64,000 nt of DNA from Eledone cirrhosa (GCA_964016885.1 OZ024761.1:7750001-7814000), one strand, 5' to 3'. Positions 1 to 10,324 are shown, counted from the stretch's first letter. The notes: generated by a model from the letters alone, not told the origin. Program-made: numbers and translations.

Positions 1-147
1 TAGGGACCCCAGTCCCTATCATCTCATTTCTACAGCTGAGTAAACTGGAGCAATGTGAAATAAAGTGTCTTGCTCAAGGAAACAACACATCACCCGGTCC
101 AAGAATTGAACTCACAACCTTTCGATTGCAAGGCCATGCGCCTTCAC
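1..147 (-). mobile_element. tRNA-derived SINE family 1 (CORE/Meta-like central domain), cut by the window edge
   Basis: Near-identical to 9720-9886 and 18630-18794. The B-box-like GAGTTCAATTC lies on the minus strand. Confidence 0.85.
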
Positions 148-174
148 AGTAATGTAAAGGCTAAACGGTTGATA

Positions 175-350
175 ATGGTTTCTGATTTAGGCACAAGGCC
201 AACAATTTTTTGGGGGAGGGGAAAGTCGATTAAATCAACCCCAGTGTGTTACTGGTACTTTATTTTATCAATAACCAGCTTAACAATGGTTTCTGATTTA
301 GGCACAAAGCCAACAATGTTTATCGACCCCGTAAGGATGAAAGACAAAGT
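175..350 (-). mobile_element. SINE family 2 (Deu/Nin-like domain) fragments, partly duplicated
   Basis: atggtttctgatttaggcacaa occurs twice. tttatcgaccccgtaaggatgaaag is shared with 4330-4355 and, reverse-complemented, with 18935-18960 and 22010-22035. Confidence 0.75.
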
Positions 351-506
351 TCTGACAGAACCTGCTGGAAGGTGTACTTGAGGACTCAGCCCCCAGAACC
401 CTTACAAGTGAGCAAAGAAGAAGAATATGTATGCCCAACACAGAAAAACTAGAATAAATTTAATGTAGATACAACTATAGTTTTATAGAATTGTAGCCAT
501 GAAATT

Positions 507-930
507 GTCTTTCCCTCCATATTGTCTACAGATGTATTTCCCTCCAGATATGGTCAACAGACGTCTTTCCTTCTAGATATGGTCTACAGACGTCTATCCC
601 TTCAGATATGGCCTACAGATGATTATAGATGAGACATCTGTCAACATAAAACTATGTCTTTCCCTCCATATTGTCTACAGATGTATTTCCCTCCAGATAC
701 GGTCAACAGACGTCTTTCCTTCTAGATATGGTCTACAGACGTCTATCTCCTCAGATATGGCCTACAGATGATTATAGATGAGACATCTGTCAACATAAAA
801 CTATGTCTGTCCCTCCATATGGTCTACAAATGTCTTTCCCACCATATGGCCAGGCCAACAGATGTATTTTCCTCCATATGACCTCCCCACCAGATATTGT
901 CTCCAGATGATTATAGATGAGACATCTGTT
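507..930. repeat. 149-bp tandem repeat (about 2.8 copies) built from 27-29-bp subunits
   Basis: Units start at 507, 656 and 805. The subunit is atatggtctacagatgtctttccctcc(ag). Confidence 0.85.
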
Positions 931-940
931 AATACTTAAC

Positions 941-1062
941 CCTTCCAGTGTCATTCGAATGAGTCTTTTTAGTCCTGATTCTTCAAAAACCGTTTGTTGG
1001 TCTGCATCTGGTTTAAAGACTGTGTCAAAGGAAAATTTTTTCTGGGTGACACCCTGGTTGAT
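941..1062 (-). CDS. KIF12: Kinesin (KIF12-like) coding exon preceding the P-loop exon
   Basis: Reads ttttacag|ATC AAC...GAA GG|gttaagt. The exon is 122 nt, phase 0 to 2, and encodes INQGVTQKKFSFDTVFKPDADQQTVFEESGLKRLIRMTLEG. This matches the kinesin FxFDxVF...Q..VF pattern, and SGLKRLI.M.LEG resembles kinesin-16/KIF12. No GQTGSGKT exon was found in 1-940, so the gene continues past the window start. Confidence 0.92.
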
Positions 1063-1126
1063 CTGTAAAATATTTACAAATTTGTAAATAAATTAAAAAA
1101 ATGTGTATATGTATACATGTATTTAT

Positions 1127-1535
1127 CATCATCATTGTTTAATGTCCATTTTTCGTGCTAGCATGGGTTAGACGGGTCGTCCCATTTGAGATAAGTTGGG
1201 TCAGGTGACCTTGTCTTACTCATATAGGACTGTTTCTCGCTTGGTTTCTATGGCTGTCTGCCCTTCCTAATGCCAACTGGGGGATTTTGTTGTGTCATCA
1301 ACACGACCATTTTACAGTGTGGGCCGGGTGCTTTTGGAGTGATACTTGCGTGGCCACTTTACAGTGTTTTGGCCTGTCCTCATCAGAGATGTTTGGGAGG
1401 GTGAGATGGGGTAGTGCAAATTGTATATATGCTTCAGCTTCGGTCTGTGCCTGTGGGGAGTCAGGTCTTCTGTATTACTGCATAACACCAGAGATGACAC
1501 AGGTCCTGTGTCATCAACTTTGAGAGGTGCAATGG
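1127..1535 (-). mobile_element. Decayed RTE LINE 3' fragment
   Basis: It has an (ATG)n tail and the gctagcatgggttagacggg tail motif. The ORF-end remnant is homologous to 13790-14130. Confidence 0.75.
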
Positions 1536-1725
1536 GCAATATGTATATGTGTATGTGTATATAAACTATTAATAAATATATATATATATATATATGCAAA
1601 GGTTCTATTTAAATTGTTGGGATACAACAAGCAAATATTTTTATAACTGATATAAAGCACTCGACAAGTATTTGGAGTAAATATACGATATTAACAAATG
1701 GAAACTATATTTATAAAACCATATT

Positions 1726-1790
1726 TATTTTATTATACATATTTCAAGGATACCATGTTAAATTATGGTGTGCTTTCATCAGACAAAATA
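1726..1790 (-). ncRNA. Minimal type I hammerhead ribozyme motif (mirror copy, sense to the kinesin pre-mRNA)
   Basis: Reverse complement of 1905-1969 with an intact CTGATGA/GAAA core. Confidence 0.68.
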
Positions 1791-1904
1791 CAATATATAC
1801 CAGTTTTATAAATAAATATTGACATACCCTTGATGTCTTCCAAAAGTAACGGTTGCATTTTGTAAGGGTATGTCAATATTTATTTATAAAACTGATATAT
1901 ATTG

Positions 1905-1969
1905 TATTTTGTCTGATGAAAGCATACCATAATTTAACATGGTATCCTTGAAATATGTATAATAAAATA
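1905..1969 (+). ncRNA. Minimal type I hammerhead ribozyme motif
   Basis: tattttgt-CTGATGA-aagcataccat/atggtatcctt-GAAA-tatgtat-A-ataaaata. Stem I is 8 bp with one GU, stem II is 10 of 11 bp, stem III is short, and the cleavage triplet is AUA. Confidence 0.7.
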
Positions 1970-2034
1970 GATATGGTTTTATAAATATAGTTTCCATTTG
2001 TTAATATCGTATATATATATATATACATACATAC

Positions 2035-2113
2035 CAAGAGTGAACTGCCATCTTGAAATGTGATGATGTTACTGTCTTTGCGAGTGATTTCTGGTTGAGT
2101 CAGCGGTCGTACC
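2035..2113 (-). CDS. KIF12: Kinesin (KIF12-like) coding exon
   Basis: Reads ccaacag|G GTA CGA CCG...CTC TTG|gtatgt. The exon is 79 nt, phase 2 to 0, and encodes VRPLTQPEITRKDSNIITFQDGSSLL. It is in frame with both flanking exons. Confidence 0.92.
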
Positions 2114-2218
2114 CTGTTGGATTTAAAATAACAATCAATAGAAAAGATGTGAATAATATCAAAGTGTAACCAACCAATAATTTCGGTTATAACTATATAT
2201 ATATATATATATATATAT

Positions 2219-3050
2219 CATCATCATCATCATCGTTTAACGTCCATTTTCCACGCTAGCATGGGTTAGACGGGAGATGTCCCACTTGAAGCAAGGCTGG
2301 TCGGGTGACCTTGTCTCGCTCATATAGGACTATCTGGCAGGTTTTCTATGGCTGGATGCTCTTCCTAACACCAACCACATTTACAGTGTGGACTGGGAAG
2401 TTTTTACCATGTTACCTACACGGCCACATTACAGCGTGGACTGTGTGTTTTTGTCGTGATACCTACATGATCTCAATCTCATTTATCTCATTAGTTTGGA
2501 CTGGATGTTGTGGTACCAACTTTACAGGAAGAGGGTGGTGTTGGTGGGAGGGGGAGTAGAGGTGGTGGGAGGGGGAGTAGAGGTAGTGGGATGGGGTGTA
2601 TATTTGATTGTAGGTTTCACTTTGTACATAAGCAAGGTGGGTCTTCTGTATTACTGCATGGCGCCAAAGATCTCGGTCCAGGGACATTGTCTTAGAGAGG
2701 TGCAAGTGTGTAAGGTCGAAATTTATCAAATCGTCCCATGTTTTTCTGGGTCTACCTACTCCGTAACTTCCATCAATTTTGATCACCCTGCACTTTTTTA
2801 TACAGCTGTCGTCTTTCATGCATGACCTTTCAATGTGCCTACGTTCATGGTACCAACTCTGAAGTTGGGAGGGTGGAATGGATAGGTTGGAGGGGTGTGG
2901 GAGACGGAATTATGTTGGTCATTCATGTCTGAAATAAAGAGGGGTCCTTGCATTCTTGTCCTGCAGCGGGAGGTGAATTTAATCTTTAACTGTGACATTG
3001 TCATTGAGTGTTCAGACTTTCCAAATTCCGCAGTCCACCTAGCAAACCTA
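2219..3050 (-). mobile_element. Internally deleted (bipartite) RTE element
   Basis: The endonuclease N-terminus FRVGTMNVGTLKG abuts the ORF C-terminus MKDDSCIKKC...GVGRPRKTW...DRDLWR at about 2820. The 3' UTR and (ATG)n tail follow. The 5' boundary is uncertain. Confidence 0.75.
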
Positions 3051-3578
3051 AAAACAACCAGGTCTAAACTTAAGGACTAATAACCAAGGTGGTAGCTTTG
3101 CTATACAGATTTGTAAGAGAACTTACTATAAGCTGCTGAGTTATGATTGGACCAAATAGGAATGGTGGTGTGTGGGGGTTGGAGGGTGGTTCATGGGTAA
3201 CTTTAGGAGAAGGTTAGTTTTTAGGAAGGGTCCAAACAGAATGAGGCATATTATTAAAAACATGTAAAATATTAATTTAAAATCTGAGAGAAAAAGGGAG
3301 ATCAGAATTCTAGACTGGCATAAATAGAAGTTCAAAACACTGGTCATCAAATGGACTACGGAAAAAAATGGGAAGACAAGGGTTTTGCTTACATTTCTCA
3401 AATCGACAAATCGTCCATAAAGAAAGATTAGATGGCCTTAGAACCCTGCAAGGTTTATTTTATACTTGCGGGCAGAAGGGCGGGGGGGGGGGGGGATGGG
3501 GTCGTGAGAAGGAGCAAACTGTATACAAAGATAGGGAGAGAGGTGAAGGAAGGTTCTAGAATAATTAATTAACACACA

Positions 3579-3947
3579 CAGTGATACCTCGCAGTGTAAG
3601 TTTAATTCGTTCCATGTACGAGCTCGTTTTACGATTTACTCGTTTTCCAAATCAATTTTCCCCATTAAAATTAATTAAAATATAAATAATCCATTCCAGT
3701 CCCCAAAACCACCAAAAAATAATTTTTTATGGGTTTTAAAACAGAAAAAGTTACAAGGAAAATGACAATTATAAAAACATAACAAAAGAGAATGCAAAGG
3801 AAATATGTAAACTGGTTTTATTAATTGTATGAAACTCGCTTGTACTGCAGATTTCCACTCGTATTACAAGACAAAAATTTGCATGAGCCTTGGCTCGTAC
3901 AGCAAATTACTGGTACAATGGGGCACTTGTACTGCGAGGTTCTACTG
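3579..3947. mobile_element. Tc1/mariner (pogo/Tigger-like) MITE
   Basis: The TIRs cagtgatacctcgcagt and actgcgaggttctactg match at 14 of 17 positions. The right flank is TA and the left flank is CA. Confidence 0.75.
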
Positions 3948-4052
3948 TATATATATGTAAAAGGTAAACAGAAATAACAAAAATAACAAAACAAACAACA
4001 CAGTACATGGAAGAAATATATTAGTTTAACGCTTGAAATAGCAGGAAGAGAG

Positions 4053-4090
4053 TCTTAATGTTTTGGACACTAGTCCTTCATCAGAAAATA
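4053..4090 (-). ncRNA. Degenerate hammerhead motif (Penelope-like remnant)
   Basis: CTGATGA-a-ggac-tagt-gtcc-AAAACATTA. The expected CGAAACG has decayed to CAAAACA, so it is probably inactive. Confidence 0.5.
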
Positions 4091-4245
4091 GAGTTAGAAA
4101 TAGAAGATAAATAGAAAGTAGAGTGATAAAAGGAAGGAACAGGGAAAATGCGAAAAAAAATTGGGGAGAAAAAAACACACATGCGTATTGAGTCAGCCAT
4201 CTTGGAGAGTGGAAGAATATTTTTAATGAATGCACAACAATATTG

Positions 4246-4458
4246 GTTTCTTATATAGGCACAAGGCTAGCAATTTTGGGGAGGGGAAAGTCGATTAAAT
4301 CGACCCCAGTGCGTGACTGGTACTTTATTTTATCGACCCCGTAAGGATGAAAGGCAAAGTTTACCTCGGTGGGATTTGAACTCAGAATGGCAAGGGCCGT
4401 AAGTTTATGCATCAAAGCATGGTGTCCAACCCTCTACCAATACTGGCAATCCACCAGT
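4246..4458 (-). mobile_element. SINE family 2, near full length, with TSD
   Basis: It has a B-box GAGTTCAAATCC and a Deu/Nin-like core. The flanks are tgcacaacaatattg (4231-4245) and tgcataacagtattg (4459-4473). Confidence 0.85.
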
Positions 4459-4582
4459 TGCATAACAGTATTGATGATACTGTTTTTGCTCGATGACAAA
4501 ATAGTTGCAAAAATAACTGGTTAGAGTATACGCTTAGCAGTTAATATTACCTAGACAAACACACACACACGCATATATATAT

Positions 4583-4935
4583 CATCACCATTTAATGTCT
4601 ATTTTCCCATGCTAGCATGGGTTAGACGAGTTGTCCTGTTGTGAGACAAGTCAGATCAGGTGATCGGTTCATGCTCATACAGAACTGGTTCTGACTTGGT
4701 TTCTATGGCTGGATACCCTTCCTAACACCACATAGATATATCATCGTCATCACTGTTTAACGTCCATTTTTCCATGCGAGCATGGGCTAGATGGGTTGTC
4801 CTGTTTGAGGCAAGTTGGGTCTGGTAATAGTATCACACAGAACTGTTTCTGGCTTGGTTTCTACAGCTGGATGCCCTTCCTAACGCCAACCACACTTACA
4901 GTCTGTGCTGGGGGCTTTTTCTCATGACTCCTACA
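4583..4935 (-). mobile_element. Two tandem RTE/SINE 3'-tail fragments
   Basis: There are two copies of the catcatc...ccatgctagcatgggttagac...ggatgcccttcctaac tail, at 4583-4730 and 4741-4935. Confidence 0.75.
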
Positions 4936-5329
4936 TGACCATATATATTTCAAAATGTGAGAGTCCCAAATGTATAAAATATCTGTAATAATAGCTGCTC
5001 CCAATAGATAATAGTTGAGAAAATTCATTGGATAGAAACATCTACAAGGAATCAAACCACATATCTCTAAAATACTGTACAAGTGTATTACTATTACATT
5101 ATTTTCTGCATTTTTAAATATCAAACACTCCCAACACTTTGATAATTCTGGAAGGGCAATGATAGGTATTGTACTCATCATGGGGTACGTTTTGAGGCAA
5201 TATTATGCAGCTGAATCCTCTTCCTGTTGCCACACTCCTTTTTGTTACCCCTTACAACACACAGGGGTACAGTTTATCTATTCTAAACTGAACGCCCAGT
5301 AACTGAATATGCAAGCAATAAGGTGTGTA

Positions 5330-5680
5330 AGATGTGACAGTGCAATAAATTGCCCTTGAATCACCAGTAAGGTGAAAAAGAAGCCATGAAAGTGAATAAG
5401 AGGTGATAAAGGGCAATAAGAGGTTGTGAAACCACCATGAATTACCCTTGAATCAATAGTAAAGTGAATAAGAGGTCCTGAAGGGCAATAAGGGGTTGTA
5501 AAAGTGCTATACATTACCCTTATATCAACAGTAAGGTGAATAACAAGTCGTAAAAGTGCCATACATTTCCCTAATATAAACAGTAAGGAGTCAAGAAAGT
5601 GCCATAAATCGCCCTTATATCTACAGTAAAATGAATAAGGGGTTGTGAAGAGGCCATAAATTTCCCTTATATCAACAAGG
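5330..5680. repeat. Degenerate tandem repeat of about 55-60 bp
   Basis: cccttatatcaacagtaaggtgaataag and ggttgtgaa motifs recur throughout. Confidence 0.55.
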
Positions 5681-5997
5681 GTTGGCTGGAACAACATCAG
5701 TGTCATTATTTTTCAGTTAATCTTTAAGACAGTACATTGACCTAAATAACCTCTTTCTCAGTTTCAATATGGCTAAAATGAAGTTGAGAAGATTAATATC
5801 TTCATTGTGTGTTTGTTGAGCTGATAACTGTTTGAACTCACCAAATATTTGAACAGAGAGAACAGTTGTAGTATTAATCTTCAATTTGGAAACTTGTTGG
5901 TTCACATAAATAGTAAAGACATGAAAGAGGTTGAACTGTTTGGAAGACAATCTCTCCATTTTTCTCTCTCAGTCTATTTAACCCTTTAGTTACCAAC

Positions 5998-6318
5998 CTT
6001 GCAATGGCCGTGCAATCGAAAGGTTGTGAGTTCAATTCTCAGACCGGGTGATGTGTTGTTTCCTTGAGCAAGACACTTTATTTCACATTGCTCCAGTTTA
6101 CTCAGCTGTAGAAATGAGATGATAGGACTGGGGTCTCTATCATTCCACTGCAAAGTGGTCGTGGAGGTGCCACGGAAAAAAAGCACCCAGCACTCACTGT
6201 AAATGAGGTTGGTGTTAGGAAGGGCATCCAGCTGTAGAAATCAAGCCAGAATCAGTGCCCATCCCACCCTTGCAAGCAGGGAAAAGCGGACGTAAAAATG
6301 ATGATGATGATGATGATA
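5998..6318 (+). mobile_element. SINE family 1 with RTE tail type A
   Basis: It shows a tRNA-like head, the ccttgagcaagacacttta core, a hairpin, and the tail cccttgcaagcagggaaaagcggacgtaaaa(atg)n. Confidence 0.88.
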
Positions 6319-6332
6319 TAAATATATATATA

Positions 6333-6590
6333 TCATCATCATCATTTTACGTCCGCTTTTCCCTGCTTGCAAGGGTCCTATTCAGCATATCTCCACTTGT
6401 CACGGTCCCTCGTCATCTCCTCGGTGAGTTTCAGCAATATGAGGTCTGCTCTCAGCACCTCCGCCCATGTTTTTCGTGGTCTACCTCTACCACGTCTTCC
6501 TTCTACTGGGATTGCTTGGTATTTCTTTACCCAGCGGTCATCCTCCATGCGCATCACATGTCCATACCATCTCAGCCTTCTCTCCTGCAT
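6333..6590 (-). mobile_element. RTE LINE 3' end with short tail type A
   Basis: QERRLRWYGHVMRMEDDRWVKK...GRRGRGRPRKTW...DRDKWRYAE* is followed directly by gacccttgcaagcagggaaaagcggacgtaaaatgatg. Confidence 0.88.
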
Positions 6591-6950
6591 ATACACACAA
6601 ATACATATACAGACACAGACACACCCACAAACACAGTTGCGCACACATACAGACACACAATCACACATGCATATATACACACATGCGCAAACATACACAC
6701 AGACTATGACACATGCACCAACACAAACACACACACATACAGAAACACAAAAAATACACACAAACAGACACACGCACATACACAAACACACACACACAAT
6801 TACATGCATACACAAACACACACATGCACAAGCAAAAACATGGACACACAACAACACACACACACACACACAATTACATAAACACACACATACAATTACA
6901 CACATACACATGCAGCCACCTACACACACAAACACAGACACACACAGAAT
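6591..6950. repeat. Degenerate (CA)n microsatellite
   Basis: CA-rich low-complexity sequence. Confidence 0.9.
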
Positions 6951-7405
6951 TTTAAATACAAGCAAGTCTACACAGATAATTTACTTTACACAGCTTTTGA
7001 CTAAAAAGAGGTCAGAAAATGTGTGACACTGATCTGTAACAGGATTAACAAAGTGGATATATTCAAGGATTAAAATGTCCTAGTTAAGATATGTTTAAAT
7101 ATCTTAAGATATCTCATTTATTAGGGGCTTAAAAACAAACAAATGACAACCAAATTGCACTTATTGAGGGTGACATAAAAGGGTAACAAATAGAAAATTC
7201 TAGAAGTCAAAATAAAAAACATGTTTTGTGTAGCTTAGATTAATGTTCTCCAGCTTTTTTCACCACAAAACAAACCCCCAACAATAGTGAGGTAGTTATA
7301 AAGAACTCTTAAAATTTTATATTTCACAAAATGAACCCCAAATATTACTGTGGGAGTTATAAAGAGCCCTTAAAATTTGATAATAGGAAGAGTACATATG
7401 TACAA

Positions 7406-8350
7406 GTGCTGAAAAGTGGACGTAAAATGATGATGATGATGATGAAATTATCCTCTCAGATTCATACACTTATTGCAGCAGTCCTACCTCCCTTGTAAAG
7501 GTAACAGCTCTACCTGTTTGTGACACTTATTGCAGCAGTCCTACCTCCCTTGTAAAGGTAACAGCTCTACCTGTTTGTGACACTTATTGTAGCAGTCCTA
7601 CCTCCCTAGTAAAGGTAACAGCTCTACCTGTTTGTGACACTTATTGTAGCAGTCCTACCTCCCTTGTAAAGGTAACAGCTCTACCTGTTTGTGACACTTA
7701 TTGTAGCAGTCCTACCTCCCTAGTAAAGGTAACAGCTCTACCTGTTTGTGACACTTATTGTAGCAGTCCTACCTCCCTAGTAAAGGTAACAGCTCTACCT
7801 GTTTGTGACACTTATTGCAGTGGTCCTACCTCCCTAGTAAAGGTAACAGCTCTACCTGTTTGTGACACTTATTGTAGCAGTCCTACCTCCCTAGTAAAGG
7901 TAACAGCTCTACCTGTTTGTGACACTTATTGTAGCAGTCCTACCTCCCTTGTAAAGGTAACAGCTCTACCTGTTTGTGACACTTATTGCAGCAGTCCTAC
8001 CTCCCTTGTAAAGGTAACAGCTCTACCTGTTTGTGACACTTATTGTAGCAGTCCTACCTCCCTAGTAAAGGTAACAGCTCTACCTGTTTGTGACACTTAT
8101 TGCAGCAGTCCTACCTCCCTTGTAAAGGTAACAGTTCTACCTGTTTGTAACACTTATTGCAGTGGTCCTACCTCCCTTGTAAAGGTAACAGCTCTACCTG
8201 TTTGTGACACTTATTGCAGTGGTCCTACCTCCCTTGTAAAGGTAACAGCTCTACCTGTTTGTGACACTTATTGCAGCAGTCCTACCTCCCTAGTAAAGGT
8301 AACAGTTCTACCCTTTCGCAGTACCTTTAAAGCCAGAAACTTTTCAGCAC
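7406..8350. mobile_element. Mariner-derived MITE containing a 57-bp x about 15 tandem array (7466-8312)
   Basis: The inverted ends are gtgctgaaaagt (7406-7417) and acttttcagcac (8339-8350). The minus strand at about 7452-7484 reads DCCNKCMNLRG, like the mariner transposase C-terminus RWxKCVxxxGxY. Units start at 7466, 7523 and 7580. Confidence 0.7.
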
Positions 8351-8366
8351 CCCGGTGTGTGTGTTT

Positions 8367-9886
8367 ATCATCATCATTTTATGTCCGTTCTTCCACGCTA
8401 GCATGGGTTAGACGGGTTGTCCTGTTGTGGGCAGTGTCCAGTCAGCTGACCTTGTCTTGCTCATATGGGAACTGATTCTGGCTTGATTTCTACAGCTGGA
8501 TGCCCTTCCTAACACCAACCTCATTTACAGTGAGTGTTGGGTGCTTTTTTGCCGTGGCACCTCCACGACCACTTTACAGTGTGGGCTGGGTGCTTTCTTT
8601 TCATGGCGCCTAGACGTCCACTTTACAGTGTGGGCTGGGTGCTTTTTTGCCATGGCACCTCCACGACCACTTTACAGTGTAGGCTGGGTGCTTTTTTGCC
8701 ATGGCACCTCCACGACCACTTTACAGTGTGGGCTGGGTGCTTTTTTGCCGTGGCACCTCCACGACCACTTTACAGTGTAGGCTGGGTGCTTTTTTTGCCA
8801 TGGCACCTCCACGACCACTTTACAGTGTAGGCTGGGTGCTTTTTTGCCATGGCACCTCCACGACCACTTTACAGTGTAGGCTGGGTGCTTTTTTGCCGTG
8901 GCACCTCCACGACCACTTTACAGTGTAGGCTGGGTGCTTTTTTGCCGTGGCACCTCCACGACCACTTTACAGTGTAGGCTGGGTGCTTTTTTGCCGTGGC
9001 ACCTCCACGGCCACTTTACAGTGTAGGCTGGGTGCTTTTTTTGCCGTGGCACCTCCACGACCACTTTACAGTGTAGGCTGGGTGCTTTTTTGCCGTGGCA
9101 CCTCCACGACCACTTTACAGTGTGGGCTGGGTGCTTTTTTGCAGTGGCACCTCCACGACCACTTTACAGTGTGGGCTGGGTGCTTTTTTTGCCATGGCAC
9201 CTCCACGACCACTTTACAGTGTAGGCTGGGTGCTTTTTTGCCATGGCACCTCCACGACCACTTTACAGTGTAGGCTGGGTGCTTTTTTGCCGTGGCACCT
9301 CCACGACCACTTTACAGTGTAGGCTGGGTGCTTTTTTTGCCATGGCACCTCCACGACCACTTTACAGTGTAGGCTGGGTGCTTTTTTGCCATGGCACCTC
9401 CACGACCACTTTACAGTGTAGGCTGGGTGCTTTTTTGCCGTGGCACCTCCACGACCACTTTACAGTGTAGGCTGGGTGCTTTTTTGCCGTGGCACCTCCA
9501 TGACCACTTTACAGTGTAGGCTGGGTGCTTTTTTGCCGTGGCACCTCCACGGCCACTTTACAGTGTAGGCTGGGTGCTTTTTTTGCCGTGGCACCTCCAC
9601 GACCACTTTACAGTGTGGGCTGGGTGCTTTTTTGCAGTGGCACCTCCACGACCACTTTACAGTGTGGGCTGGGTGCTTTTTTGTCATGGCACCTCCACGA
9701 CCACTTTGCAGTGGAATGATAGGGACCCCAGTCCCTATCATCTCATTTCTACAGCTGAGTAAACTGGAGCAATGTGAAATAAAGTGTCTTGCTCAAGGAA
9801 ACAACACATCACCCGGTCTGAGAATTGAACTCATCCTCTCGATTGCAAGGCCAATGCTCTAACCACTAAGCCATGTGCCTTCACAC
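8367..9886 (-). mobile_element. SINE family 1 (tail type B) with an internal 48-50-bp unit amplified about 24 times
   Basis: The head has an A-box TGGCTTAGTGG near 9865-9875. The array of ctttacagtgtaggctgggtgcttttttgccgtggcacctccacgacca spans about 8524-9713. The RTE-type tail is at 8367-8480. Confidence 0.88.
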
Positions 9887-9916
9887 GTGTTTTAGACTCT
9901 GTGTGCAACAACGATT

Positions 9917-10005
9917 TCTTTTGTAGGCACAAGGCCAACAATTCTGGCGGAGGGGAAAGTCGATTAAATCGACCCCAGTGCATTACTGGTATTTTATTTT
10001 ATCAA
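9917..10005 (-). mobile_element. SINE family 2, 3' fragment
   Basis: taggcacaaggccaacaatt...gtcgattaaatcgaccccagtg. Confidence 0.75.
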
Positions 10006-10013
10006 CACTTTAT

Positions 10014-10140
10014 CCCTTTAGCATTTAAACCGGCCATATCTGGCCAGAATTCTCTCACCTCTTTCTGTTCAAACTGGCCAAGTAAAGCCTTTACTGTGAA
10101 AATACAAAAGTAATTATAGAGTAATGGAAATGATGAAGGG
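10014..10140. mobile_element. Short, unexpanded copy of the piggyBac-type MITE
   Basis: ccctttagcatttaaaccgg...gtaaagcctttactgtgaaaatac...aaatgatgaaggg is homologous to 14377-15810 but holds a single repeat unit. Confidence 0.7.
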
Positions 10141-10180
10141 TGGGGCCGGGGTGACGAATATTAGAAAAGATAACTCTTAC

Positions 10181-10324
10181 CTCAGTACAACAGTGATGTT
10201 GTCACCCCCGTCATCTGGTGACTTCACATGAGATGATGCTGGAAGCTCTGCATTACTGACCCTAGGGTGACGCAGAGAACAAGGAAAGCTTTGTTGAAAT
10301 GTATTGTCTTCTTTCTTCTTCTTC
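10181..10324 (-). CDS. KIF12: Kinesin (KIF12-like) coding exon, N-terminus up to the first motor-domain strand
   Basis: Minus strand reads gtgtgtag|G AAG AAG AAG AAA...CTG AG|gtaaga. The exon is 144 nt, phase 2 to 2, and encodes KKKKEDNTFQQSFPCSLRHPRVSNAELPASSHVKSPDDGGDNITVVL(R). It joins the next exon to give the kinesin motif NITVVLRVRP. The family symbol comes from recalled similarity, not a search. Confidence 0.88.

Larger units (their letters stand above)
1596..2014. mobile_element. Palindromic Penelope-like-element remnant with about 150-bp arms and a 32-bp spacer
   Basis: 1681-1831 is the near-perfect reverse complement of 1864-2014. Each arm carries a hammerhead core. The same family recurs at 19152-19725. 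Confidence 0.7.

Noticed and set aside
936-945. ttaaccctt as a piggyBac MITE end
   Set aside because: It is better explained as the kinesin splice donor, and there is no partner TIR.
3392-3445. Possible minus-strand exon encoding VLRPSNLSLWTICRFEK with a gtaagc donor
   Set aside because: Its phase is incompatible with the next exon and it has no pyrimidine tract. The true VRP exon is 2035-2113.
4861-5959. ORFs of 106, 142 and 80 aa
   Set aside because: They show no recognisable motif or splice support, and they lie in an intron and partly overlap repeats.
6378-6965. 195-aa ORF fusing CV repeats to an RT C-terminus
   Set aside because: It is a chance read-through from a microsatellite into a truncated RTE fragment.
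7466-9713. Regular 57-bp and 49-bp repeats as CRISPR-like arrays
   Set aside because: There are no unique spacers and no cas genes. The context is eukaryotic and the units are TE-derived.
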